A stretch of 64,000 nucleotides of DNA from a virus (Duplodnaviria; Caudoviricetes). The position numbers and the translations under genes are program-made. The stretch spans positions 1 to 64,000 of the IMG/VR virus record IMGVR_UViG_3300025382_000004; one strand, written 5' to 3'. This document shows, in pieces, positions 39,947 to 48,908 of this stretch (within the stretch, counting starts at the first letter, position 1; every line of letters begins with the position of its first letter). Under the pieces are notes generated by a model. That model made no database searches. It was given only the letters and a program-made list of their open reading frames with translations, and had not been told where the DNA came from.

Positions 39947-40405
39947 ATGGCGCAGATAAAAATACACGGTACTCCTAAAAAGGTAAATAAAAAAGAAATC
40001 AAAGAGGCCGCTTCCTTTTTCTGCGACTATCTCATGAAACGCCTAAGTAAAAATGTCCTTGTGGTTATAAAACTAAAAAAGGACCTCTATAAACAAAGTA
40101 AGTGTTTTGGTTTTGCAATGTATACCGATGATGATGCAAGAAACCATAATCATAGGGAGTTTGAGATAGAGATTGATAGTGGCCTTGGCCGTGTGTTCTT
40201 ACTACGAACCATAGCACATGAGTTGACACATGTGAAGCAATATGCCAGAAAAGAACTGGTTGATGCCGATTGCAACTATCAAAAATGGAATAAAGTGTTA
40301 TATAATGAGAAGGTAATCGGTTATAAAAATCTTCCTTGGGAAGCAGAGGCACGATTGCTCGAAAAGCAACTATATGAAATGTGGAAAGAAAAAAGTGGAA
40401 GATAA
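39947..40405 (+). CDS. HExxH metallopeptidase-like protein
   Basis: IAHELTHVKQY, PWEAEA. Confidence 0.7.
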   Translation: MAQIKIHGTPKKVNKKEIKEAASFFCDYLMKRLSKNVLVVIKLKKDLYKQSKCFGFAMYTDDDARNHNHREFEIEIDSGLGRVFLLRTIAHELTHVKQYARKELVDADCNYQKWNKVLYNEKVIGYKNLPWEAEARLLEKQLYEMWKEKSGR

Positions 40406-41510
40406 GGAGAAGAAAGTGAAAACTCGTCCTAAGTTTGCGGATGAAAAGTATCTTGGTTCCGAACCTACCGTCACGGAGGATTCCACACAGGCTGAGTTGG
40501 CTGTTGCTTATAACTGGTTCAACTATTTCTATACAAGTGATGATGCTAAGGCATTCACCATATCCTACCTAAAGAGTATTAACTATGACAAAGACATTAT
40601 ACGAAAACTTAACCAGGTCAAATGCGTTGAACTGCACTCCATCGGATGGAACTGTCGGCTCCTCCACACCGGGTCATCCCTACCTGACGGAATCTGGCAA
40701 TCTATTGAGCTGCGACTCATGGAACTTGCCAGCGAGGTCGTGGAAGTATCGGAGACTGAAGAGGATCAACCGCAAAAGAATGTGGTCACCATACAAGACC
40801 GCATTGCTAGTCGTGCGTCGGACCTTATCGCGGAACTTGAAGAAGAACTAGATGTGTTCTACAAAGAAGGAGTAATCCAGTTTGACGTTAAGAAGTGGGC
40901 CCTTGAGAAGGCAATCAAACCGCCAGTGGCGAAGAGGATTACAGACCACTTCCGTCCACAATACGAAGAAATCACCGAAGCACTCAAAGGCGAAGATCCA
41001 GATTTGGTGGAAGCATATAAAGGCTGGCGTAAGCCGGTTCTTAAAATCATGGCTCTTTTCATTAAGAAGATCATAGATCACCTTGATGAAGCAGCGGCAG
41101 CACAAGTCTCTATTCGTAAACCACGTAAGAAGAAAGAGAAACCAGCACATGTCTTGGTTTCGAAACTAAAGTATAAAGTTGAAGACAAAGACCTAAATAT
41201 CAAGAGTGTCCAATCTAAGGATATTATTCATGCGCAACAACTTTGGATCTACAATACTAAGTATCGTAATCTTTCTGTGTATAATGCCTTGGGTCCTAGC
41301 GGCCTTTCGGTCAGAGGGACAACGATTATCGGATATGATCAGGACTCTTCAGTCACTAAGAAACTCCGCAAACCAGAACAAGTAATTCCTCAAGTGTTGA
41401 ACGAGGGTAAAGTTGGTTTGCGTAAAATTATGAGTGCCATTAAAACAACCGAAACAAAGGCAAATGGCCGATGCAATGAAGAAACAATACTACTAAGGGT
41501 GATTAGATGA
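40374..41510 (+). CDS. conserved T4-like hypothetical protein
   Basis: 378 aa; YNWFNY, LWIYNTKYR, SVRGTTI, KKLRKPE. Confidence 0.65.
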   Translation: MKCGKKKVEDKEKKVKTRPKFADEKYLGSEPTVTEDSTQAELAVAYNWFNYFYTSDDAKAFTISYLKSINYDKDIIRKLNQVKCVELHSIGWNCRLLHTGSSLPDGIWQSIELRLMELASEVVEVSETEEDQPQKNVVTIQDRIASRASDLIAELEEELDVFYKEGVIQFDVKKWALEKAIKPPVAKRITDHFRPQYEEITEALKGEDPDLVEAYKGWRKPVLKIMALFIKKIIDHLDEAAAAQVSIRKPRKKKEKPAHVLVSKLKYKVEDKDLNIKSVQSKDIIHAQQLWIYNTKYRNLSVYNALGPSGLSVRGTTIIGYDQDSSVTKKLRKPEQVIPQVLNEGKVGLRKIMSAIKTTETKANGRCNEETILLRVIR

Positions 41511-41713
41511 CAATACCTACAGGAGGCCTAAAATACTATAGTAACATACCGGTAGAAAAGATTGATATGATAGATAAGTTGGCCTATCTTTACTGGTATG
41601 AGAATGTATGTAAGGATGGATGGAGTAAAGATGAGCATAGAGGTTTATACGAGAGAACCAAGAGTGAGGTAATGGAATATGGTCTCAACTATTCTAAAGA
41701 CAACGGAAATTGA
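41507..41713 (+). CDS. hypothetical protein
   Basis: 68 aa coupled ORF. Confidence 0.5.
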   Translation: MTIPTGGLKYYSNIPVEKIDMIDKLAYLYWYENVCKDGWSKDEHRGLYERTKSEVMEYGLNYSKDNGN

Positions 41714-41816
41714 CCTAATTTGGTCTATGATATATCTTGGTATGTTCGTGGGTGTTATTTCTATGCTTTTGGTACTGTATGGAACCTATCTAGATATAAA
41801 GAATAAGGACAAGTAA

Positions 41817-42218
41817 ATGACCGATAAAGTTATCGAGTTCCCAAAACACAAAGTTGTTCGTGATGTACCAGGAGAAGTTTTAGAAGAAAGAGCAAGACGA
41901 GCCGATATGAAAATGGCAGATGCCATCGTAAGTGATATCACGGCAATGATTTTAACCGAACTTGATAACTTTTATGTTAGTGTTGAAGATGAGTCCTTCA
42001 CAAAGGATCTTGTTCTTGTTGTAGATGCCTTAAAGGCTACAGTATATCGCCAGTTTGGTTTTGAGCATCACCTCCATCCTTTCATTGAGGAAAATGTAAC
42101 CATCATCTCAAAAGCAGATGCCAAAGCAATGGAAAACATGGATGAGGAACAAATCCAGAAGATGATTGAGGATATGTTGGCATCAAAAGAAAAACTTGAC
42201 AAAGAAGAGGAAGAGTGA
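41817..42218 (+). CDS. hypothetical protein
   Basis: VIEFP N-terminus; 133 aa. Confidence 0.6.
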   Translation: MTDKVIEFPKHKVVRDVPGEVLEERARRADMKMADAIVSDITAMILTELDNFYVSVEDESFTKDLVLVVDALKATVYRQFGFEHHLHPFIEENVTIISKADAKAMENMDEEQIQKMIEDMLASKEKLDKEEEE

Positions 42219-42219
42219 T

Positions 42220-42714
42220 ATGGTAGACACAATCGATCCAAATACCCTTAAAGGTAAGGATCGTCCACTATACGTAAAGAAGGTATTAATGGGCCTTGGT
42301 TGGACAGATTTCCAAGCTGCCGCAATGGTCGGTCAGTTTATGCAGGAATCCTATACAGACCTCCGAACGGACGTATGGGGTGATAAACACACCGCATATG
42401 GTATCGGTCAGTGGCGTGATAACTATGATAAGAAGACTGGTATCCATTCACCTGGCCGTCTATCCGACCTTGCTCGGTTTGCCTTAGAGTTAGGTAAACC
42501 TGTAAATGACCTTGATACACAGGCACGGTTTGTAAATTGGGAATTAAACAATACCCAGAAGAATGTTGGTTATCTTTTGAAGAAAACCAAGAATATCGAT
42601 GACGCTTTATTGATTGCTATTGGTTATGAGCATCCACGAGGTTATACTAAAGAACACCCAGAGAACGGCGATGGTTTCGCCAACAGATGCAAGTATGCCA
42701 AATCCCTAATGTAA
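42220..42714 (+). CDS. phage-tail-lysozyme-family muramidase (standalone)
   Basis: AAMVGQFMQES, YGIGQW, TQARFVNWEL, YEHP; start at ATG 42220. Confidence 0.75.
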   Translation: MVDTIDPNTLKGKDRPLYVKKVLMGLGWTDFQAAAMVGQFMQESYTDLRTDVWGDKHTAYGIGQWRDNYDKKTGIHSPGRLSDLARFALELGKPVNDLDTQARFVNWELNNTQKNVGYLLKKTKNIDDALLIAIGYEHPRGYTKEHPENGDGFANRCKYAKSLM

Positions 42715-42723
42715 GGAAAGAAA

Positions 42724-43584
42724 ATGTCTTATATCATGGTGGATCTTAATCAGGTCCTCATTTCTAATCTGATGCAGCACCTGAAACAGATCACAAAATC
42801 ACATGAGATGAATGAGGACCTTATTCGTCATATGTCTATCAATACCATCCGTTCTAATGTGAAGCAATTCAAGTCAAAGTATCCTAATGTAATCCTTTGC
42901 TGCGACTCCAAGAAGTATTGGCGCCGTGATTACTTTCCATTCTATAAGTCTCAACGTAAGCATGACCGAGAGGCCAGTGGCCTTGATTGGCATCTTATCT
43001 TTGATACACTCAACAAGATCCGTGATGAGTTCAAGGAGAGTTTCCCTTATAAGGTGTTGGATGTTGAAGGTGCCGAGGCGGATGATATCATTGCCGTCCT
43101 TACTGCTCGTTTGTCGTCGAGCGGCAACATTCTCATTTTGTCGTCGGACAAAGACTTTGGGCAACTCCAAAAGTATCCTAATGTAACGCAGTATTCACCT
43201 ATTCTAAAGCGGTTCATTAAGATTGATAACCCGAAGACTTTCATCCGTGAACACATTCTTAAAGGTGACCGTGGTGATGGCATTCCAAACTTTCTTTCAC
43301 CAGACAACACCTTTGCAGCAGGCGAACGTCAAAAGGTTATAAATAGTAAACGTCTTCAGGAATGGATTAGTCAGGATGCCGAAACTTTCTGCACTACGGA
43401 TATTATGCTACGTGGTTATAAACGCAACCAAACTTTGGTTGATTTTGACTATATACCAGGAGATATTCAGGCAAGCATCGTTTCCGCGTTTGAGAATACC
43501 AAAGTGTCAACAAAAGAGAAAATGCTGAACTATTTTATCGATAAGGGCCTCAAAGTAATGATTGAGTCCATCAACGATTTTTGA
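42724..43584 (+). CDS. rnh: T4-type RNase H (5'-3' exonuclease)
   Basis: VDLNQ, WRRDYFPFYK..R, EADDII, SSDKDF.QL, GDRGDGIPN. Confidence 0.95.
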   Translation: MSYIMVDLNQVLISNLMQHLKQITKSHEMNEDLIRHMSINTIRSNVKQFKSKYPNVILCCDSKKYWRRDYFPFYKSQRKHDREASGLDWHLIFDTLNKIRDEFKESFPYKVLDVEGAEADDIIAVLTARLSSSGNILILSSDKDFGQLQKYPNVTQYSPILKRFIKIDNPKTFIREHILKGDRGDGIPNFLSPDNTFAAGERQKVINSKRLQEWISQDAETFCTTDIMLRGYKRNQTLVDFDYIPGDIQASIVSAFENTKVSTKEKMLNYFIDKGLKVMIESINDF

Positions 43585-43592
43585 GGAACATA

Positions 43593-44030
43593 ATGAGTAA
43601 GAAAAATGTATATGAAGTATTTAATGACTTCAAAGTGGCCAAGAATAAAAAAGATCGTATCAAAGTCCTACAAGATAATGATACTTTCGCTTTGAGGAAT
43701 GTATTGATTGGAACCTTTCATAAAGGTGTCGAATTTGTCATTGCCGAAGCACCATCTTTTAAAAGAAATGATGACTTACCTCCTGGTTTGGGTTATAATA
43801 ATATGACCCAGGTATTGGATAAGTTATATCTCTTTATGAAGAACAACCCACGCACTCCTGCCGGTCTTACAGACAAGAGAAAATCAGAACTTTTATTACA
43901 AATATTGGAAAGTTTAGAGCCTAAAGAGGCTGATGTATATATGGGTATCATTCTAAAAGACCAGAAGATCCCATATCTAACTGAGACGCTTGTTCTTGAA
44001 GCGTTCCCAGGATTATTTCCACAAGGGTAG
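43593..44030 (+). CDS. conserved T4-like hypothetical protein
   Basis: Follows rnh; LLQILESLEPKEA. Confidence 0.65.
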   Translation: MSKKNVYEVFNDFKVAKNKKDRIKVLQDNDTFALRNVLIGTFHKGVEFVIAEAPSFKRNDDLPPGLGYNNMTQVLDKLYLFMKNNPRTPAGLTDKRKSELLLQILESLEPKEADVYMGIILKDQKIPYLTETLVLEAFPGLFPQG

Positions 44031-44036
44031 AATAAC

Positions 44037-44231
44037 ATGAAGCAACTAAAAAACACTTTCAAAGATCCTTATGTTGAACTACAGGAAGAGGACCGCCGTT
44101 ATGGCGGCCGCAAATTGGAACGTCCAGAGTCCGAAATGCGGCGTGATCGTCGTCCACTAAAGAACCTCAAGAAGGCGTGGATGGAACACACCGAGGACTT
44201 TGACGAAGTGGACGATTTTTACGAACACTGA
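44037..44231 (+). CDS. hypothetical protein
   Basis: 64 aa charged ORF. Confidence 0.55.
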   Translation: MKQLKNTFKDPYVELQEEDRRYGGRKLERPESEMRRDRRPLKNLKKAWMEHTEDFDEVDDFYEH

Positions 44232-44260
44232 TTGTAAACAATTGTAAACAAAAATAATGC

Positions 44261-44318
44261 TTGACATTCCTTTTCCCAGGTGTATAATAGTAAATACTGA
44301 AACCTTGGGAAAAGGAAT
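44261..44318 (+). promoter_or_regulatory. sigma70 promoter with 12-bp inverted repeat spanning -10 and SD
   Basis: TTGACA-16-TATAAT; ATTCCTTTTCCC 44266-77 / GGGAAAAGGAAT 44307-18. Confidence 0.75.
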
Positions 44319-44323
44319 AGATT

Positions 44324-44863
44324 ATGGAATTATCATCATTACTGATGGAATCAGACCTTACAGGTTATATTTCCGAAAACCTTTCTGACCTGTGGGAAGG
44401 TACACCTCTCCAAGGATATAAATTGCTTGATAATAAGCAAAAAGGTGGTTATGGTGAAGTATTGGCCGAGAAACTTTGTGAACAATTAGGTCTCAAAGTA
44501 ACACAAAGAACAAATTCCGATCATGATATGGTCGTGAACGGTTATAAAACCGAAGTAAAATTTTCCATTGCACAAACCAATAAAGATAAAACGGCCATAA
44601 ATAAAGATGTATTTATGATGAACCATGTCGGTGTTGGTAAAGATTATGATCGTTTACTTTTCATAGGTATCAATCCTAATTTTGAGGAATCCAGGATTGT
44701 ATGGTTTGATAAAAAAGATATTAAGAAAATTATCAATAACAAAGATTATTTTGGTTATCAGCAAGGTGGTAACAATGCTGAGAATGACGACTATATGTCC
44801 GGATCGGCCAGACTTATCAGATTGATTAATTCTCCATATGCTAGGACTCTTGAACAATGGTAA
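44324..44863 (+). CDS. putative PD-(D/E)xK restriction-type endonuclease
   Basis: KGGYGE...SDHD...TEVKF; coupled to methyltransferase. Confidence 0.6.
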   Translation: MELSSLLMESDLTGYISENLSDLWEGTPLQGYKLLDNKQKGGYGEVLAEKLCEQLGLKVTQRTNSDHDMVVNGYKTEVKFSIAQTNKDKTAINKDVFMMNHVGVGKDYDRLLFIGINPNFEESRIVWFDKKDIKKIINNKDYFGYQQGGNNAENDDYMSGSARLIRLINSPYARTLEQW

Positions 44864-45588
44864 AATTATATCATGGTGATTGTCTTGAGGTTTTAAAAGA
44901 ACTTGAGAACAACTCGGTTGATATGGTCTTGACCGATCTTCCTTATGGTACCACGGCCTGTAAATGGGATGCTATTATTCCATTTGAACCTCTATGGGAA
45001 CAATTAAACCGAATTGCTAAAAAAAAGGCTGCAATGGTATTTACAGCACAAATGCCATTCACTGCGGCCTTGGCTATGTCCAATATCAAAAATCTAAAGT
45101 ATGAATGGATATGGGAAAAACCTCAAGGCACTAATCCCCTTAATGCTAAAATAATGCCATTAAAGTCACACGAAAACATTCTAGTTTTCTGCCGTGAAAC
45201 ACCTACCTATAATCCTCAAATGGAACAAGGCACACCTTATAGCGGTTTCTCTTCCGATGAGTCCAAGATTGGTGAAGTTTATGGTGGTGCCAAATCTAAG
45301 CACCGAGATAATCCTACTGGTGAAAGATATCCTAAAACCATACTAAGACATAAGCAAGAAAAAGGATTACATCCTACACAAAAACCAGTCACTCTCATGT
45401 CTTATCTAATCAATACACATTCCAATCCGGGAGATGTTGTTCTTGATTGCACAATGGGATCAGGAACCACTGGCGTTGCTTGTATTGACACGGATAGGAA
45501 TTTCATAGGTATAGAAATGGATGAAAAATATTTTAATATCGCAAAAGATCGTATTGAAGGCCGCCGAGGTCTGTTGACATTCATCTAG
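44857..45588 (+). CDS. DNA N6A/N4C methyltransferase (beta class)
   Basis: GDCLEVL, TDLPYG (motif IV), HPTQKP, VLDCTMGSGTTG (motif I). Confidence 0.9.
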   Translation: MVKLYHGDCLEVLKELENNSVDMVLTDLPYGTTACKWDAIIPFEPLWEQLNRIAKKKAAMVFTAQMPFTAALAMSNIKNLKYEWIWEKPQGTNPLNAKIMPLKSHENILVFCRETPTYNPQMEQGTPYSGFSSDESKIGEVYGGAKSKHRDNPTGERYPKTILRHKQEKGLHPTQKPVTLMSYLINTHSNPGDVVLDCTMGSGTTGVACIDTDRNFIGIEMDEKYFNIAKDRIEGRRGLLTFI

Positions 45589-45589
45589 C

Positions 45590-45686
45590 TGCGACATCCT
45601 GTCGCAGGCGTTTACATACCTTTTTTATTGACAATGCCGTTCCTTTATGTTATTCTTAGACATAATCAGAAAGGATTGTAAACATG
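45590..45686 (+). repeat. palindrome + sigma70 promoter + SD cassette (PeSL-like, copy A)
   Basis: TGCGACA-tcc-TGTCGCA; TTGACA-17-TATTCT; AGAAAGGATTGTAAACATG. Confidence 0.8.
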
Positions 45687-45821
45687 CTTCTATATATTCG
45701 ACGCAAAATTACCGTAGCATTTGCTAGAGCTACATTAGAGATGCCCTGGCCTTTTTGTAAATATGCATTATTATTACAATGTAAACTTGGGTTTACATAC
45801 GATAATCTCCCCGAAGAATAA
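45684..45821 (+). CDS. 45 aa hydrophobic protein (below ORF-track cutoff)
   Basis: MLLYIRRKITVAFARATLEMPWPFCKYALLLQCKLGFTYDNLPEE after AAGGA SD. Confidence 0.6.
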   Translation: MLLYIRRKITVAFARATLEMPWPFCKYALLLQCKLGFTYDNLPEE

Positions 45822-45832
45822 CAATGACTTAC

Positions 45833-45902
45833 GGGTGCGACGTTCTGTCGCACCCATTTTATGCCAGTTTACATTGACTTTACCGTTCCTTGATGCTATT
45901 AT
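45833..45902 (+). repeat. PeSL-like cassette copy B
   Basis: GGGTGCGAC-gttct-GTCGCACCC; TTGACT-17-TATTAT. Confidence 0.8.
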
Positions 45903-46235
45903 ATGTCCATGATGAAAACACAAAAGCGGAAATCACGGTCTGATCGTAAACACCTTGTTTACAGTCTGTCTGTAAACGGACAGGAATACATTGGTGTGAC
46001 CTTTGTTGAACGGTCGGCTGTTAAGAAATCCCTAACCAGAAGGTGGCAGAAACATGTCCGACGGGCCCTTACAGAAAACAAAAACTGGAAGCTCTGTGTT
46101 GCTATACGCAAATATGGCGCTGATGCCTTTGACGTTACTGTATTGGACGTGGTCCGCGGTAAGTCCGCTGCTCATACCTTAGAACGTGATCTAATCAAAT
46201 CCCGCAAACCTAAACTTAACACGGATGTAAGATAA
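45903..46235 (+). CDS. short GIY-YIG-like protein (different subfamily)
   Basis: LVYSL...YIGVT...RWQKH...LE...LN. Confidence 0.6.
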   Translation: MSMMKTQKRKSRSDRKHLVYSLSVNGQEYIGVTFVERSAVKKSLTRRWQKHVRRALTENKNWKLCVAIRKYGADAFDVTVLDVVRGKSAAHTLERDLIKSRKPKLNTDVR

Positions 46236-46393
46236 TGGCTAATGCTCGTTTTGCTGCTAAAAAACCCGCTATTCAGGTTACTCTCAACCAGTTGGAGGAC
46301 TTCTTCCTTAAGGGTAATGATATTAAGGTGTGTAAGGCACCTAAACGCCCTAAGAAGGGTTATACCACTGGCAAAAAGGTGAAAGGTATCTAA
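46235..46393 (+). CDS. 52 aa basic protein
   Basis: MANARFAAKKPAIQ...KKVKGI; TAATG coupling. Confidence 0.55.
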   Translation: MANARFAAKKPAIQVTLNQLEDFFLKGNDIKVCKAPKRPKKGYTTGKKVKGI

Positions 46394-46583
46394 TGTTGGA
46401 AATAATCGCTCTAACCGTATCGCTGGCTATTCCTGTTTCTCTTGCTCTTGTTGCTTTACTCTCGGAGTCTGATAATGCTTAATTGGAAAGATGATGAACA
46501 AATGGTCCAATGCCTTGGTCTTTTCCTGACTTTGGTTGGTCTTATGTTCGGTGTTGGTCTTATCGCTTATTTTGGAGGTTAAT

Positions 46584-46934
46584 ATGGAAAGTCCAGTTAC
46601 ACCTGTAAAAGAATTATCTAAACATGAAAGTAATAAGAAGTGGTTGGAACATTATGTTGTTGCCATGGAATTAGCAAGAGTTAAATATGAAAAGGCCAAA
46701 AAGAGTTATGAAACTGTAGCAAATCTACATCGTTTAGAAGTTTCTATGGAAAAAAATGGTGATCTCTATATCTTCACAACTCTTGATGACGATGATCTTG
46801 AACGGGTGATTTTTGCTCGTAAGGATAGAAAAACAAAACGATGGGTTTTACGTGAAGGTCGTAAACAGATTATGAAAAAATGTCCTTATAATCTAAACGA
46901 AATTCGTCTCAAAATAGCAATAGGTGAAATATGA
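46584..46934 (+). CDS. hypothetical protein
   Basis: GGAGG SD, MESPV start. Confidence 0.6.
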   Translation: MESPVTPVKELSKHESNKKWLEHYVVAMELARVKYEKAKKSYETVANLHRLEVSMEKNGDLYIFTTLDDDDLERVIFARKDRKTKRWVLREGRKQIMKKCPYNLNEIRLKIAIGEI

Positions 46935-47064
46935 AACAAGTAATCGTATCCGGTTCTTTCCGTTATGTTGCAAAACGTATTGAGGAACTTGATGCTCAAG
47001 GTTATAAAATTGTAAAATCTAAACAATGGTCCGACGGTAAGTGGACTTATGTGATGGAGAAATA

Positions 47065-47271
47065 ATGAATAATGCCATCCACTTTGTAGGATTTAAAGAT
47101 AACCGTTATAACGCGGCCGTCAAGGTGTTCGGCACTCCTGACTTTATCCATAGAGTATGGGATAAACGTGCGGCCGATGAGGTTATGGAAAATGATGTGG
47201 TGATATTTGCTGATAGTGATGAAACGCAAGAGGTGAAATTTTTTGCGTTTGACGACTCCGCTAACTTCTAA
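47065..47271 (+). CDS. hypothetical protein
   Basis: GGAG SD; IHFVGF, FG.PDFIHR.WD. Confidence 0.65.
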   Translation: MNNAIHFVGFKDNRYNAAVKVFGTPDFIHRVWDKRAADEVMENDVVIFADSDETQEVKFFAFDDSANF

Positions 47272-47588
47272 GGAATATAATATGGCTAATGTGAAAACTT
47301 TCAATCTGTCGATTTGGTTCAAAGGTTATGACCTTACATTCCGTGGTATATCACGAACTGCGGCCTGTAGGTATATTGATCTTTATTCTAAGAAAGAAAA
47401 CTATATCTCTTGGAGTGTAGAGGAAAGATAATGCATAACATAAAGAGTTATACATTGACGGTATATCTTAAAAACGGTGATCAAGTCGTCTATAAAAACA
47501 TTACCAGAAATGCCATGATGAAAAAGGTTAGACATTACCAGGAATTAAAATTATCTCTAACGTTTCATATTGATTGGGAGTAAACATA

Positions 47589-47813
47589 ATGCGTGAGTTT
47601 ACTAATGCCGTTATTGAGGCCAAAGATGAGGGTGTGTTGGATCGTGATGAATTGATCCGTGACCTTCTCAACTATATGTCCGACTCCGAGGTCGCAAACT
47701 TTTTGAGTAATTATTATGCCGAGTTTTATGGTGAACTAGCAGAGGAGGAAGATGATTATGACGGCCAACCGGACGAAGCGCAAGAATGGCATGACTTTGA
47801 TCCAGATTGTTAA
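47589..47813 (+). CDS. acidic hypothetical protein ending DGQPDEAQEWHDFDPDC
   Basis: GGGAG SD. Confidence 0.65.
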   Translation: MREFTNAVIEAKDEGVLDRDELIRDLLNYMSDSEVANFLSNYYAEFYGELAEEEDDYDGQPDEAQEWHDFDPDC

Positions 47814-47909
47814 TCCTGTTGCCAAGGCACTCCGCAATCCTGTATGTAGACAGAGGATTGTTCCTTCTAAAAAGGTGTATCGTAGAAAGGCGAGGTTTAC
47901 ATTCATGGG

Positions 47910-48006
47910 TGCGACATCCTGTCGCATCTGTTGACATACGATTTTGATTGACTGTTCCGTCCGTTTATGCTATTATTAGACATAATCAGAAAGGATAGTA
48001 AACATG
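47910..48006 (+). repeat. PeSL-like cassette copy C
   Basis: TGCGACA-tcc-TGTCGCA; TTGACT-17-TATTAT; TAGACATAATCAGAAAGGATAGTAAACATG nearly identical to copy A. Confidence 0.8.
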
Positions 48007-48147
48007 AAAAACCTCATTATGTATAAAGTTAATATGTTCTTTGCATACCTTACCATAGATGCCCCCGTTCCATTTTTTGTAAAACTTCATGCCCTTACAT
48101 TACAAGGAAAAATTAACTCTTTCGTCAACTATCAATGGGGAAATTAA
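48004..48147 (+). CDS. 47 aa hydrophobic protein, paralog of 45684-45821
   Basis: MKNLIMYKVNMFFAYLTIDAPVPFFVKLHALTLQGKINSFVNYQWGN. Confidence 0.6.
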   Translation: MKNLIMYKVNMFFAYLTIDAPVPFFVKLHALTLQGKINSFVNYQWGN

Positions 48148-48148
48148 T

Positions 48149-48358
48149 ATGAAAAAACTATATATCGTCTTTATGAACTCTTATAACAAACGATATAACA
48201 CTAACATTTTTTATCATAACTCCGATGAAGATATCAATATGGGTTTTTTTAACAATAAACAAGATGCTCAAAATGTTATTGATGAACTAAATGAAAAATA
48301 CAAAGATGATAAGCATAATTATAATCAGTATTACATTTATGAGTCAGTCTATAACTAA
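48149..48358 (+). CDS. hypothetical protein
   Basis: MKKLYIV start after GGGG SD. Confidence 0.55.
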   Translation: MKKLYIVFMNSYNKRYNTNIFYHNSDEDINMGFFNNKQDAQNVIDELNEKYKDDKHNYNQYYIYESVYN

Positions 48359-48375
48359 TAGAAAGTGAGAATATA

Positions 48376-48609
48376 ATGAAACTTGTACCACATGGTTCAA
48401 ACCAAAATGTCCTTATCCTTGAGAATGGCACTAAAGTCCTTTTCTCATATCGAACTCCAGTGGCTGCTTTCCATCCTATCAAAGGTTGGCTGCGTACCGA
48501 TAGAAAGTGGTCGGCCACAACCACCAAGCATATCAATAAGTGGTTGTCTGGCCTAAACGCCAGCATCATTTCACAGTCTTTCCTTGACAACCTTGTGGAG
48601 CGTATATAA
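48376..48609 (+). CDS. hypothetical protein
   Basis: FSY.TPVA, WSATTTKHINKW pattern. Confidence 0.65.
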   Translation: MKLVPHGSNQNVLILENGTKVLFSYRTPVAAFHPIKGWLRTDRKWSATTTKHINKWLSGLNASIISQSFLDNLVERI

Positions 48610-48806
48610 TGTCCAGAATGTCCGACCTTGCTTTGGAAGTGGATGAGTTGGTGGTTCAGGCCATCGAATACGGTGCCCAGACGGAACAGCAAGTCCAGAC
48701 GTATGTAAACGACCGTATGGCGTTGACAATCCCTATAGAGCAAATCAATCGTATCATAGACGATTTCTATAGAGCGGATTTCTATTGTCAACACCACAAC
48801 CTATAG
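48609..48806 (+). CDS. hypothetical protein
   Basis: 65 aa coupled ORF. Confidence 0.55.
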   Translation: MSRMSDLALEVDELVVQAIEYGAQTEQQVQTYVNDRMALTIPIEQINRIIDDFYRADFYCQHHNL

Positions 48807-48807
48807 G

Positions 48808-48875
48808 TGCGACAACCTGTCGCATGTGTTTACAAACGATTTTGGTTGCCATATCCGTCCGTTGTGTTATAATGT
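48808..48875 (+). repeat. PeSL-like cassette copy D
   Basis: TGCGACA-acc-TGTCGCA; TTGCCA-16-TATAAT. Confidence 0.75.
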
Positions 48876-48908
48876 CCGTATTAAATGAGAAATGTGAAAG
48901 GAAATCGA

